A stretch of DNA of 64,000 nt, from assembly GCA_040876345.1 (NCBI GenBank), contig JBBDPM010000006.1, positions 456,547 to 520,546 on the forward strand. Reading direction: 5' to 3'. This document shows positions 34,443-44,361 of this stretch, one piece after another. The notes beneath the pieces were generated by a model, which ran no database searches, was not told where the DNA came from, and worked only from the letters and a program-made list of their open reading frames with translations. This DNA is from Candidatus Woykebacteria bacterium. Lineage in GTDB: Bacteria > Patescibacteriota > Microgenomatia > Woykebacterales > RBG-16-39-9b. A program made the translations under genes and the position numbers. The stretch's first letter is position 1. Each line of letters opens with the position of its first letter.

Positions 34443-36293
34443 ATGTATTACTGGTACAATATCTCTATGTATCAAGATGGAACAACCCACCGCGAAGGGC
34501 GCATTAATCGTGAAATTCATAAACTGTTTTGGCAAGCAAATTTTCAAGATAAAAATAGACTAATCTTGACCTACTTAACTCGTATACCCGCAGTTGCTGC
34601 CTACAATGTTTTTATTCCCTTAGTTAGCGCATACGGGATCCAAGCCATAATAGATAAAAGGTTAGATCAGGTTAATCATTACGCCTTACTGGTTATACTG
34701 TTATCCATTTTTTACTGTCTATGCTGGTCTATAGGTGGTATAGCTATAAGTAAACAAGCTATTAAGGGTTCTAAATACATTCAAAATAGAATATTCGCAA
34801 ACTTTTTGGCCAAGGATTACGACTTTTATACCAACGCCTACTTTGGCTCGTTAGGAGCCCAGGCCGCCCGTATACGAGATGCATTTAACATGTACGGTGA
34901 GATAGTAACATTGGCTCTACCCAAGCAGATCACTATTGTTGTTGCAGGAGTAGCAATTATCGCCTTTCAATCGCTCGCACTGGCAGTGGCGACGGTAGTG
35001 GCGATGCTATTTGTGTTGAGTTACACCGTGCTGACCAGCTCATGGCGGCTGCAATTCAGACGCAAAACAAGCGAGGCTAGCAGTGAAGTGGCTGGTAGTA
35101 TCGGCGACTCATTAACGCATGGCCCAACTGTAAAAAGCTTTGCCATGGAAGATTATGAAATGCAACGTCTGCAAAAGCCGCTTGCTCGTTGGGCAAAAGA
35201 ACAGTACAGAACCTGGGTCACTTTTGTGCCGGCCGATACTGGGCGGATGCTGTTAGCAGCCATCACTACCGCCGTTCTATTAATTTATTCGTCAAGATTG
35301 TACCAGCAAGGCGCAATATCTATAACTATAGTCATTTTAATTCAGCTATACGTCATTAGGCTCGTAGCCAGCACTCTTGATATAGCAGAGATGATAAAGC
35401 GCTATGAAGAAGCAATGGGCAACGCCTATGAGCCTGTTAAAACCATGGGCATACTTGTAAATATTAAAGATCCTGAAAGCCCCAAAAAATTGGCGCAAAG
35501 CACCACACATACATTAGAGTTGCAAGAAGTTTCGTACCAATACCCAGAGGCGGCAAAGTCACAATATGCAGTAAGTAACTTCTCGCAAAAGATTAAGCCA
35601 GGCGAAAAAGTCGGTCTTGTTGGTTATTCCGGAAGTGGCAAGACTACTCTCACGAAGTTGCTACTGCGCTTTATGGATGTGACAACAGGTAAGATTATTA
35701 TTGATGGCTTGGATATTAAGGAGATAGGGCAAAAAGATTTGCGTAACGTGATCTCTTATGTGCCACAAGAGCCTTTACTGTTTCACCGCTCTATCGCCGA
35801 AAATATTGCTTATGCCAACCCCAATGCACCCAAAAGTATCGTTATCAAAGCCGCCAAAATGGCCTATGTAGATGAATTTGCAGAAGAGTTACCAAAAGGT
35901 TACGACACGCTTGTGGGAGAAAGAGGTGTAAAGCTCTCCGGTGGGCAGCGCCAACGGGTAGCCATAGCCCGTGCATTACTAAAAGACAGCCCAATACTAG
36001 TTTTAGATGAAGCTACTAGTGCTTTAGATAGTAAGAGTGAAAAATATATACAGGACGGCCTGCGCCAGCTAATGAAAAACCGAACCTCGTTAGTAATTGC
36101 CCATCGACTCAGTACTATCCAACGAATGGATAGAATAGTAGTTATGGACAAGGGTCGTGTTGTGCAAAATGGTACACACCAACAATTGCTTGAAGAAGAG
36201 AATGGAATTTACTCCAAGTTGTGGAGTCATCAAAGCGGTGGCTACATAGGTGTTGTATCTAGCTTCGCATCAGAAGAAAGTGAAGCTTTATAA
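34443..36293 (+). CDS. ABC transporter, fused permease/ATPase (exporter type)
   Basis: 6 TM; Walker A GYSGSGKTT, signature LSGGQRQRVAIARAL, Walker B ILVLDEATSALD. Confidence 0.8.
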   Translation: MYYWYNISMYQDGTTHREGRINREIHKLFWQANFQDKNRLILTYLTRIPAVAAYNVFIPLVSAYGIQAIIDKRLDQVNHYALLVILLSIFYCLCWSIGGIAISKQAIKGSKYIQNRIFANFLAKDYDFYTNAYFGSLGAQAARIRDAFNMYGEIVTLALPKQITIVVAGVAIIAFQSLALAVATVVAMLFVLSYTVLTSSWRLQFRRKTSEASSEVAGSIGDSLTHGPTVKSFAMEDYEMQRLQKPLARWAKEQYRTWVTFVPADTGRMLLAAITTAVLLIYSSRLYQQGAISITIVILIQLYVIRLVASTLDIAEMIKRYEEAMGNAYEPVKTMGILVNIKDPESPKKLAQSTTHTLELQEVSYQYPEAAKSQYAVSNFSQKIKPGEKVGLVGYSGSGKTTLTKLLLRFMDVTTGKIIIDGLDIKEIGQKDLRNVISYVPQEPLLFHRSIAENIAYANPNAPKSIVIKAAKMAYVDEFAEELPKGYDTLVGERGVKLSGGQRQRVAIARALLKDSPILVLDEATSALDSKSEKYIQDGLRQLMKNRTSLVIAHRLSTIQRMDRIVVMDKGRVVQNGTHQQLLEEENGIYSKLWSHQSGGYIGVVSSFASEESEAL

Positions 36294-36460
36294 CACCAAA
36301 CTGACATAGATGCCCTAAATATTGATACCAAAAAGATTCACGATGACCTTCAGCTCACAAGCATAAGTAAGTAGGCTAATCAGGCTACCAACTACTTCAT
36401 CAGAACCAAGATCAAAACGTTTTTCGTGTCGGGCCAGTCCCCATTGCATTTCTTGGGATT

Positions 36461-36489
36461 TTGACAAACCTCTTACTGTTTAGTAAAAT
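36461..36489 (+). promoter_or_regulatory. Sigma70-like promoter of vapB (TTGACA-N17-TAAAAT), 11 nt before the ATG
   Basis: Consensus -35; predicts a leaderless vapBC transcript. Confidence 0.45.
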
Positions 36490-36500
36490 GTAAGACAATT

Positions 36501-36731
36501 ATGCCGCAAACAAAGATTAGCGATAAATACCAAGTAGTTATTCCAAAGGAGATAAGGAAAAAAGTTGGTTTAAAAGAAGGCCAAAGTCTTAACGTTTACG
36601 CGGCTGGAGACAAAATTGTACTTTCCCCTCAAAAAATTTGGCCAGATGGTTATATTGGTAGCCAGGAGGACATCTGGAAGGACGTAGATGTAGCTAAATA
36701 TCTTGCCGCCGAGAGAGATTCATGGCAGTGA
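36501..36731 (+). CDS. AbrB/MazE-fold antitoxin (VapB-like)
   Basis: SpoVT/AbrB-type swapped-hairpin sequence …YQVVIPKEIRKKVGLKEGQSLNVYAAGDKIVLSPQ…. Confidence 0.6.
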   Translation: MPQTKISDKYQVVIPKEIRKKVGLKEGQSLNVYAAGDKIVLSPQKIWPDGYIGSQEDIWKDVDVAKYLAAERDSWQ

Positions 36732-37165
36732 CAAGTGGTTTAGTCAGTGTGTTTTCTTCCCATAAGATAATTTTTATCGATACAAATGTTTTTATCTATG
36801 CTTTAGAGGATAATCCAAATTTCCCCGCAGCAAAAGAAATATTTCGCTTAATTAAAGAAAAACACAAGGAAACTTATACATCAGTAATTAGTCTACTTGA
36901 AGCTTCAGTTAAACTTTTTGACTTAGGACAAAAGGAAAAGATCGAAGAATATCTGAATTTTATTAGTGGTCATGGTCTAATACAAATTTTAGATATAAAT
37001 AAATCGGTATCTATAAAAGCAGCCGAGATCCGATCAAAATATCGATTTAAGACCCCAGATTCGATACAGTTAGCAGCTGCAATTCTTGCCAGAGCCACCC
37101 TTTTTATTACTGCAGACAGAGATTTTGTAAAGAAGGCCGAAAATTTAGAAATATTAGTTATTTAG
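36722..37165 (+). CDS. PIN-domain ribonuclease toxin (VapC-like)
   Basis: IFIDTNVFIYALED… (first acidic PIN residue), conserved D later; overlaps the antitoxin by 10 bp. Confidence 0.65.
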   Translation: MAVTSGLVSVFSSHKIIFIDTNVFIYALEDNPNFPAAKEIFRLIKEKHKETYTSVISLLEASVKLFDLGQKEKIEEYLNFISGHGLIQILDINKSVSIKAAEIRSKYRFKTPDSIQLAAAILARATLFITADRDFVKKAENLEILVI

Positions 37166-39296
37166 TTGGCCAGACAGCTACTATCAAATCTTCTTTTTCT
37201 TCGATCATTTTTGCTTCCTTCATCTTTTGCCAAAGATCCTCAGTGATAAACGGCATATATGGATGTAGGAGTTTTAGCGAAGTTAATAATACGTGCTCAA
37301 GAATTGGTTGGGCTTCTTCGCGGCGATTCTTTGAATCCTCGATATATTTATCCGCAAAATCGTGCCATATGAAGTTATAAAGGACTTCTGCGGCAATTCC
37401 AAAGTGATAACTTTCAATTCCTCGTGTGACGGAGTTAACAACCTCATCCAACTCTCTTAATATCCATTGGTCTTCTTTGGTTTGCCTTGGGTTTTCTTTG
37501 ACTTTTTCTGGCTTAGTATCGATTACATACCGACCTATGTTCCATAGTTTGTTGGAAAAGTTACGCATCCCTTTGATTTTGTGCTCGCCCACATTCGCGT
37601 CATTTCCCGCTCCAGTTCCAAAAACAAGAGCCATGCGGACGGCGTCCGCCCCATATTTTTCCGCAACTTCTAAAGGATCAATTACGTTATCTTTACTTTT
37701 ACTCATCTTTTGCCCTTTCTCGTCTCTTACTAAGCCATGCAGGTAGACTGTCTCAAAAGGAATTTTACCGGTTGCATAAATCCCAAGCATTATCATCCGA
37801 GCAACCCAGAAGAAAAGTATGTCATAGCCTGTTTCCATCACAGTGGTGGGGTAAAAGCGTTTGAAATCCGAGTCATCTGTTTGCCCCCAACCAAGGGTGG
37901 TGTATGGCCACTGTCCTGAAGAGAACCAGGTATCTAGTGTGTCTGGATCTTGTTTCCAAGCCTCCCCAGGTGGGTGTTCACTACCAACATAGACTTCGTC
38001 TCCTCGATACCAAACAGGAATTTGGTGTCCCCACCAAAGTTGGCGGCTTATACACCAATCGTGAATGTTTTCCATCCAGTTGAAGTAAATCTTTTCAAAA
38101 CGAGTCGGAGTGATTTTTATTTTCTTCGATCTAACAGCGGCGATTGCATCTTTTGCCAAGTTTTTTCCTGATTTTCCAGTTTTGTTCACGGCCACGAACC
38201 ACTGTTTTGAAACTTGGGGTTCAACAACCGTGCCGCAGCGTTCACAAATACCGACACTAGTCTTGTAACGCTCTGTTTTTTCCAATAAATTAAGTTCTTC
38301 CAGGCGAGCGATTATTTGCTTGCGGGAAGCGTATTTATCCAAACCAGAATAATCCCCGGCCTCTTTGGTCATCTTGTCATCCAAACCGATAACTTGGATT
38401 GAAGGCAACTTGTGTCTTTCACCGATTTCGTAGTCGTTAGGATCGTGGGCGGGAGTGATTTTAACCGCACCACTACCAAAGCTAGGGTCGACATAAGAGT
38501 CTTCTATAATTGGAATCTCCCGTTTCATCAGAGGTAAAACTACCGTTTTTCGAACCAAATTTTTATAACGTTTATCCTTCGGGTTTACCGCTACGGCGGT
38601 ATCTCCAAGCATAGTTTCGGGACGCTGAGTCGCAACAATTATCTGATCGGTGGAGTTTTTGATCGGATATTTCAGGAACCACAAGTTAGATTCTTTATCT
38701 TTGTGGTTGACCTCGAGGTCAGATAATACTGTGGCACACCTTGGGCACCAGTTGATCATTCTGGTACCACGGTAGATTAAACCATCCTCATAGAGCGTCT
38801 TAAAAGTTTTATATACGGCCTTTGAAATTTCTGGGTCTAGGGTAAATTTTTCTCTCGTCCAATCCAAGGAAAAACCCATGGCGCGAAGTTGCTCGTACAT
38901 TTGCTTTTTATTTTCTTGGGTAAATGCGTAAGTTTGTTTGAAAAATTCTTCACGTCCAAGGTCGTGTCGGCTCTTACCCTTTTTTTCTAACTTTCGCTCG
39001 TAAACTACCTGGGTTAAAATTCCAGCGTGATCGGCTCCAGGAAGCCAGAGGGTGGGGTCGCCCCTCATTCGGTGGAACCGAATCATAATGTCCTCAAGTA
39101 CGTACATGGCGTGTCCAATGTGAAGCCGGCCATTTGCATTTGGCGGAGGCAGGATTATAGTGAAAGGTTTTTTACCCCCTTTTTTTGGGGCAAAGGCGCC
39201 TTTCTTTTCCCAGAGCTCGTAAAGGGGTTTCTCGACATTTTTATGGTTGTATATCGGTTCCATATTATTGCTCATGAGGTTAATACATTTCGCCAA
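37158..39296 (-). CDS. valS: Valyl-tRNA synthetase (compact form)
   Basis: PPPNANGRLHIGHA (HIGH), DWCISRQLWWGHQIP, KMSKS; 712 aa, so lacks the long C-terminal coiled coil. Confidence 0.75.
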   Translation of the reverse strand: MAKCINLMSNNMEPIYNHKNVEKPLYELWEKKGAFAPKKGGKKPFTIILPPPNANGRLHIGHAMYVLEDIMIRFHRMRGDPTLWLPGADHAGILTQVVYERKLEKKGKSRHDLGREEFFKQTYAFTQENKKQMYEQLRAMGFSLDWTREKFTLDPEISKAVYKTFKTLYEDGLIYRGTRMINWCPRCATVLSDLEVNHKDKESNLWFLKYPIKNSTDQIIVATQRPETMLGDTAVAVNPKDKRYKNLVRKTVVLPLMKREIPIIEDSYVDPSFGSGAVKITPAHDPNDYEIGERHKLPSIQVIGLDDKMTKEAGDYSGLDKYASRKQIIARLEELNLLEKTERYKTSVGICERCGTVVEPQVSKQWFVAVNKTGKSGKNLAKDAIAAVRSKKIKITPTRFEKIYFNWMENIHDWCISRQLWWGHQIPVWYRGDEVYVGSEHPPGEAWKQDPDTLDTWFSSGQWPYTTLGWGQTDDSDFKRFYPTTVMETGYDILFFWVARMIMLGIYATGKIPFETVYLHGLVRDEKGQKMSKSKDNVIDPLEVAEKYGADAVRMALVFGTGAGNDANVGEHKIKGMRNFSNKLWNIGRYVIDTKPEKVKENPRQTKEDQWILRELDEVVNSVTRGIESYHFGIAAEVLYNFIWHDFADKYIEDSKNRREEAQPILEHVLLTSLKLLHPYMPFITEDLWQKMKEAKMIEEKEDLIVAVWPTK

Positions 39297-39342
39297 TTAT
39301 ATACAGCGACTGTCTTGCTTGCAACGATCCCTTAGGGATAAA

Positions 39343-39972
39343 ATGGAGAAGATGAACCAAATTGAGGAATTGCCCAACCTCGATATTTTAGCCGAGGATA
39401 ATATTCGAACTCTCCATCTACCAAAAAACCGCCTCGTGAAACCTCTGGCCGTAACATTTGTGGGTATTCCTGCCGCCGGTAAGACAAGTCTTACTAATAC
39501 TCTAGCCCAAGCCCTTCCCCTTGCAGTTTTATCCGAAGAGGAGATGCTCAAGTTTCTCGCCCCACGCCTAACTTTTTTTGAAAGAGGGGAAGAGCGAATT
39601 TTGAGTCTGGCAACCAAAACAATGGAGGCTCTTATAGCGAGAGGAATAAGTTGTATATTTGATCACAATGTTAAAAAGAAAGCATACCGAGATTATATTA
39701 GGAAAGTAGTCGAAAAAGCCGCTGGTGCATCTGTCCTAGTCTATGTAGATATACCAAAAGAGGTAGCTTATAAGCAGCTTAGCGCCGCTAACTATCAAGT
39801 GAGTCGGGGTGATAAAAAAGGAGTTATTATGAACAAAGATCTTTTTGAATACGAAGTAGCCTCGACGGAAATCCCAACAACAGATGAACACCCTTTTGTC
39901 TATCAGCCCAAAAACGCAGCAAGTCTAAACAGTTTGATAGGCCAAATCTCTAAATTTGGAGGAATGGCTTAA
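39343..39972 (+). CDS. P-loop NTPase/kinase-like protein (zeta-toxin/AAA_33-like)
   Basis: Walker A GIPAAGKTS. I chose the MEKMNQ… start because the ORF-track start at 39247 overlaps the valS 5' end. Confidence 0.45.
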   Translation: MEKMNQIEELPNLDILAEDNIRTLHLPKNRLVKPLAVTFVGIPAAGKTSLTNTLAQALPLAVLSEEEMLKFLAPRLTFFERGEERILSLATKTMEALIARGISCIFDHNVKKKAYRDYIRKVVEKAAGASVLVYVDIPKEVAYKQLSAANYQVSRGDKKGVIMNKDLFEYEVASTEIPTTDEHPFVYQPKNAASLNSLIGQISKFGGMA

Positions 39973-40952
39973 ATCAGTATTCCAGGATCTGCCTTTACTT
40001 TATCCCAGCGGACGTTCTTAAAGTTAAAATAAGCAGCCGAAGCAATCATGGCGGCGTTGTCTACAGAGAGTTTTGGGTCTCCCGCTGTAATTTTTCCGGA
40101 AAATTTTTCCGCTGCCTTTTTCCTAAGCAGGTTATTAGCAGCGACCCCACCACCTAAGAGGATCTCGGAAACTTCGAACTTTTTGGCCACCTTCAAGGTT
40201 TTTATAAGAAGGGAATCAACAATTGCTTCTTGGATACTAGCGGAAAAATCAGCAACTTCCTGATGCGACTTTGGTTTGTTCTTATTAACTAAGTTAACCA
40301 CGGCAGTTTTTAGACCTGAGAAAGAAAAGTCAAAGTCGGTTGAGTCAGACAGTGGTCTTGGAAGGTTGAATTTGGTTGGGTCGCCACTTTCGGCTGCTTT
40401 TTGAATCGCAGGACCACCAGGGTATCCAAGACCCAAAAGCCTTGCGGTTTTGTCAAAGGCCTCCCCTGCAGCATCATCCCTTGTACCACCAAGCCACTTA
40501 AATTTTCCGTGGCCTTCCATAAGAACTAGCTCTGTGTGACCACCACTAACAATCAAAGCAATATTGGGAAAGGAAGGTTGCTGCTCGCCGAGCCAATTGG
40601 AGTAGATGTGGCCGATGAGGTGATTTACTGGTACTAAGGGTTTGTTCCATACATACGCGAGCGTTTTAGCAGTTTCCACCCCAATTAATAAAGATCCTAT
40701 TAGGCCGGGCCCGTAGGTGACAGCGATGGCGTCAATATTGTGATGGGTTAATCGTGATGAGTGAAACGCTTCTTCAAGAGTCGGTACCATCGCTTTTACT
40801 TGTTCCCTTGCGGCAATCTCTGGGATTATTCCGCCAGTTTTAGCGTGAATTGGTAAGGAAGAGGCAATAACGTTCACTAAGATTTTAGTGCCGTCTTCAA
40901 CAATAGCCGCCGAAGTCTCATCACAAGACGTTTCGATTCCTAAAATTCGCAT
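39969..40952 (-). CDS. tsaD: tRNA N6-adenosine threonylcarbamoyltransferase TsaD
   Basis: MRILGIETSCDETSAAIV… Kae1/TsaD N-terminus. Start set at this Met rather than the upstream ORF-track start. Confidence 0.8.
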   Translation of the reverse strand: MRILGIETSCDETSAAIVEDGTKILVNVIASSLPIHAKTGGIIPEIAAREQVKAMVPTLEEAFHSSRLTHHNIDAIAVTYGPGLIGSLLIGVETAKTLAYVWNKPLVPVNHLIGHIYSNWLGEQQPSFPNIALIVSGGHTELVLMEGHGKFKWLGGTRDDAAGEAFDKTARLLGLGYPGGPAIQKAAESGDPTKFNLPRPLSDSTDFDFSFSGLKTAVVNLVNKNKPKSHQEVADFSASIQEAIVDSLLIKTLKVAKKFEVSEILLGGGVAANNLLRKKAAEKFSGKITAGDPKLSVDNAAMIASAAYFNFKNVRWDKVKADPGILI

Positions 40953-41026
40953 GGTGTCTAAGGGAATTATACACAAAATTGAGATTAGAGACCGAGGTAG
41001 GAGTAAATTACCTATCCTATAGCAAC

Positions 41027-41055
41027 TTGACAACACTAATTGGATGTTGTACAAT
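41027..41055 (+). promoter_or_regulatory. Strong sigma70-like promoter (TTGACA-N17-TACAAT) reading into the GC-rich mini-island
   Basis: Perfect -35, 17-nt spacer, 5/6 -10; no + strand housekeeping gene lies downstream. Confidence 0.5.
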
Positions 41056-41182
41056 ACGCGTTATCTTGAAGGAGGAGGTCGCGCGTGAGACAGCGCAACA
41101 AGGACCCGGCCTAAGGGCTCAAATTGGGCTCCTGAAACAAGCTCTCGAGGGTCGAGATCTGTAACCGAAAAAGGAGGCCGTT

Positions 41183-41317
41183 ATGGACCGGCGCGACACA
41201 GGCTCCCGTAAAGGCAAGTTCAGCTCCAAGCCCTTCGCCACGCTCTCACCGGACGACGCGATCAGCGCGGCCAGCCGCGGCGACCAGTACGGCGCTGTCG
41301 ACGACGACACCTGCTGA
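41183..41317 (+). CDS. Small GC-rich ORF (44 aa) with strong Shine-Dalgarno (AAAAAGGAGG-N5-ATG)
   Basis: Hand translation MDRRDTGSRKGKFSSKPFATLSPDDAISAASRGDQYGAVDDDTC*. Preceded by a 9-codon uORF (GTG at 41075, MRQRNKDPA*) with RBS GAAGGAGGAGG. Confidence 0.3.
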   Translation: MDRRDTGSRKGKFSSKPFATLSPDDAISAASRGDQYGAVDDDTC

Positions 41318-41385
41318 TCGACGCGGCCTACGGATCTTTGACGGCGAATCCGTAGGTTAGGATCCATCAACCATCGAAGCCGTCA

Positions 41386-41455
41386 CTCGCCCGCCCTCAC
41401 CGATTTGGGCATATTCATGTTGATATGTTCACAGGTGGGGGCGGGCGTTACTCTT
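41386..41455. terminator. Long GC hairpin (CGCCCGCCCTCAC…GTGGGGGCGGGCG) plus T-run; probably a bidirectional terminator
   Basis: 13-bp imperfect inverted repeat with a loop of about 35 nt, then TTACTCTTTTT; it abuts the stop of the minus-strand NYN gene. Confidence 0.4.
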
Positions 41456-41456
41456 T

Positions 41457-42008
41457 TTAGAGTTGTTCTGGACCAAAATTGAGTTTCTTAGGAGATTGCC
41501 TTTCTTTCGCGGGGAATACATACCTTTCGTAGTTCTCATCCATATCCACAAATTCATCAACTTCCGCAAGTAACTTTGCCGAAGTACTTTTTCCAAAAGC
41601 AACGGCTTCCACTCGGTGACCTTGGTTTCTAAGATATTCTACAAGCGGAACATAGTCCCCATCGCCTGAAACTAGTATTAAAACGTCAAGGCGTGGAGCA
41701 AGACGAATCATATCCAGCGCAATTCCCACATCCCAATCACCTTTTTTTACGCCTCCGGGAAATATTTGTACTTCTTTTGATTTCACTTCGAAACCGGCTT
41801 TTTCTAAAGCGTCAAAAAATGATTGCTCTTCCGGCATAGAAGCTTTTATTACATAGGCAATAGCTCTAATTAATTGTCTGCCGGCAACTGCGGTATCTAA
41901 AATATTGCTGAAGTTGACCCTTTTCCCGTACAAATTCTTGGCAGAGTAATACATATTTTGAACATCAACAAAAACGCCTACTCTCTGATTTGGATTTTTC
42001 TTTAACAT
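41457..42008 (-). CDS. NYN/LabA-like domain protein
   Basis: VGVFVDVQNMYYSAKN…LILVSGDGDYVPLVEYLRNQGHRV. Confidence 0.7.
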   Translation of the reverse strand: MLKKNPNQRVGVFVDVQNMYYSAKNLYGKRVNFSNILDTAVAGRQLIRAIAYVIKASMPEEQSFFDALEKAGFEVKSKEVQIFPGGVKKGDWDVGIALDMIRLAPRLDVLILVSGDGDYVPLVEYLRNQGHRVEAVAFGKSTSAKLLAEVDEFVDMDENYERYVFPAKERQSPKKLNFGPEQL

Positions 42009-42042
42009 ATGAATATGATAACATTAATGGGCAAAATTACCT

Positions 42043-42927
42043 ATGAAAAAAATTACTAAGGCGATAATTCCGGCAGCAGGTTATGGCACTAGGTTCTTGC
42101 CAGTGACCAAAGCAATGCCCAAAGAAATGCTCCCAATTGTGGACAAACCAATCATCCAATACGTAGTTGAAGAGGCAGTGGCTTCTGGCATCGAAGACGT
42201 CATTATTGTTACGGGTGGTAACAAAAGAGCCATTGAGGATCATTTTGACCGCTCCCAAGAACTGGAAGAATGGCTTCGGGATGCGGGCAAAAAAGATAAG
42301 TTAGAAGAGATAATAAAAATTGCTCACATGGCCAACTTTATCTATGTTCGCCAGAAGGGCCCTTATGGCAACGCCACTCCGGTGCTTTCAGCCAAGAATT
42401 TAGTTGAAGGGGAACCTTTTGCAGTGCTTTGGGGAGACGAGTTTATTTATTCGCAGCCACCACGCCTCAAACAACTCCTTGATACTTTTGAAAAATACCA
42501 AGCCAGTGTCATAAGCGGAGTGAAAATTGAGAAAAAGGAGGATCTTGCCAAATACGGTATCGCTGATCTTGAACATGTTGAAGGCAACGTTTACAAAATA
42601 AAGAAAATCATTGAAAAACCAGATCCTGATAAGGCACCATCAGACGTTGCCACCCACGGAGCCTATGTTTTTACCCCTTCAATTTTTGAGCATCTGGAGA
42701 CGCTTGTGCCGGGTAAAGGTGGAGAGCTTTGGCTACCGGAAGCAATTGACTCTCTTATCCAGAAAGAGCCTGTCTACACGGTTATCATTGAAGGTGGGCG
42801 CTACTACGATATTGGAAACAAGCTTGGTTTTATCGAAGCTAATATTGAGTTTGCCCTGAAGAACGATGAGCTCAAGAATGATTTGAGGCTCTTTCTCAAA
42901 AAGCTTGCTGAAAACTCCCCATCTTAA
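42043..42927 (+). CDS. galU: UTP--glucose-1-phosphate uridylyltransferase
   Basis: KAIIPAAGYGTRFLPVTKAMPKEMLPIVDKPIIQY. Confidence 0.85.
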   Translation: MKKITKAIIPAAGYGTRFLPVTKAMPKEMLPIVDKPIIQYVVEEAVASGIEDVIIVTGGNKRAIEDHFDRSQELEEWLRDAGKKDKLEEIIKIAHMANFIYVRQKGPYGNATPVLSAKNLVEGEPFAVLWGDEFIYSQPPRLKQLLDTFEKYQASVISGVKIEKKEDLAKYGIADLEHVEGNVYKIKKIIEKPDPDKAPSDVATHGAYVFTPSIFEHLETLVPGKGGELWLPEAIDSLIQKEPVYTVIIEGGRYYDIGNKLGFIEANIEFALKNDELKNDLRLFLKKLAENSPS

Positions 42928-42945
42928 TACAATGTACTTGCTGCC

Positions 42946-44307
42946 ATGACGAAAAAAAGAATTATCCTTTTTGGCATTTTATTCATCGCCGTCGAAATTA
43001 TAGTTGGGTTGGTAATTATTCTTGCTGATCAAGGAGCCTTCACGAAAAAAGAAGAAAATACCCACCTTTCCTACGTGGGTCTCTGGGAGCCTGCGATAAT
43101 TAATCCCTTAATAGAAGAGTATCAAAGAGACAATCCTAAAGTCTCTATAGAGTACGAAGAAAAAGACCCTAAGCGCTACTTTGAGACTCTAAGAAACTCG
43201 CTTGCCTCGGACGCTCCCCCCGACATTTTTTGGTGGCATTCTGGTTGGGGCCCGATGTTAAAAAATGATCTAGCCCTACTCACCGAGTCTGTTTTAGCAG
43301 CCTTCGATTTTGAAAAAACTTATTACCCGGTTACTAAACTCGATGCAAAAATTGGCGGTGGTTATCGTGGGATTCCCTTGGAATTTGATGGGTTAGCTCT
43401 TATCTACAATAAAGATCTGTTAAAGGCCAAGAAACTCTCCAACCCGCCAAAAACTTGGACGGATTTGCAAAGAACTTACGTCCCTGCTCTAAGCAGAGTC
43501 GATGAGAATAAAACCATAATTTCTTCAGCAATTGCTTTGGGAACTGCAAATAACATCGCAAATTTCTCCGAAATTATGGGACTCCTCTTTCTACAAAATG
43601 GGGTAATCTTTGCAAAAGATGGAAAGATAAACATTGATAAAAGTCTAGCTCTAAATGGGGATAATTTAGGTGATAAGGCAGCTGAGTTTTATATAGCTTT
43701 TACAAAAAATCCCAAGGTGTGGGATACTGCGCAGCCTGACTCCATCCGCGCTTTTGCACGTGGCAAGGTAGCAATGATTTTTCTGCCCGTTCATAAGTTG
43801 CCTACTCTACAGTCTCAGATTAAAGCAGCTGGCGGAAAAGTGAAATTTGGCGTGGCAAGAGTCCCGCAACCGCCAAATGTTGTGCCGATCTCCTGGGCTA
43901 GCTACTGGCTTTCCGGAGTTTCGGCTAAAAGTAAGAATCAACTTGAGGCGTGGAAGTTTATTAAATTTCTAGGAGAGAGGGAAAATTTGAAGAAAATTTT
44001 TCAGGAAGAAGCGAAAATAAGAAAAATAGGCAGACCTTACCCTAGGATTGATATGGCCAGAGAATTGAGAAGCGACCCGCTTTTAGGTGCTTATGTCTCT
44101 GACGCCCCCTTTGCAAAAAGTTGGTATCTACACCCAGATACTTTTGATGGAGCACTAAATGATAAAATAGTTGAAAAATTAAAGGAACTAGTCGATACAA
44201 TGCTACGGGGAAGCGGTTCAACCCCCTCCAGTCTTAAGAAATTTTCAGACGCGGCTGTTAGCATAATAGCCCAATACGGTGGTCTTGGAGGAATAACGGA
44301 AAGATGA
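42946..44307 (+). CDS. Extracellular solute-binding protein (ABC, family 1-like), membrane-anchored
   Basis: N-terminal TM anchor and size/composition typical of family 1 SBPs. Confidence 0.6.
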   Translation: MTKKRIILFGILFIAVEIIVGLVIILADQGAFTKKEENTHLSYVGLWEPAIINPLIEEYQRDNPKVSIEYEEKDPKRYFETLRNSLASDAPPDIFWWHSGWGPMLKNDLALLTESVLAAFDFEKTYYPVTKLDAKIGGGYRGIPLEFDGLALIYNKDLLKAKKLSNPPKTWTDLQRTYVPALSRVDENKTIISSAIALGTANNIANFSEIMGLLFLQNGVIFAKDGKINIDKSLALNGDNLGDKAAEFYIAFTKNPKVWDTAQPDSIRAFARGKVAMIFLPVHKLPTLQSQIKAAGGKVKFGVARVPQPPNVVPISWASYWLSGVSAKSKNQLEAWKFIKFLGERENLKKIFQEEAKIRKIGRPYPRIDMARELRSDPLLGAYVSDAPFAKSWYLHPDTFDGALNDKIVEKLKELVDTMLRGSGSTPSSLKKFSDAAVSIIAQYGGLGGITER

Positions 44308-44332
44308 AAAATTCGGTTGGTACAACCACCCC

Positions 44333-44360
44333 TTGACAAACTGCAATCCTCCGGTATAAT
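44333..44360 (+). promoter_or_regulatory. Consensus sigma70 promoter of groES-groEL (TTGACA-N16-TATAAT)
   Basis: Perfect hexamers; 106-nt leader with GGAGG RBS before groES. Confidence 0.55.
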
Positions 44361-44361
44361 T

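Noticed and set aside
39247-39342. 5' extension of the P-loop protein ORF overlapping the valS start on the opposite strand
   Set aside because: The overlap with the valS N-terminus and the hydrophobic nonsense translation suggest the real start is the downstream Met (MEKMNQ…) at 39343.
40953-41054. N-terminal 34-aa extension of tsaD in the ORF track
   Set aside because: The conserved Kae1/TsaD N-terminus starts at MRILGIETSCDE. The extension is hydrophobic, low-complexity and overlaps the divergent promoter region.
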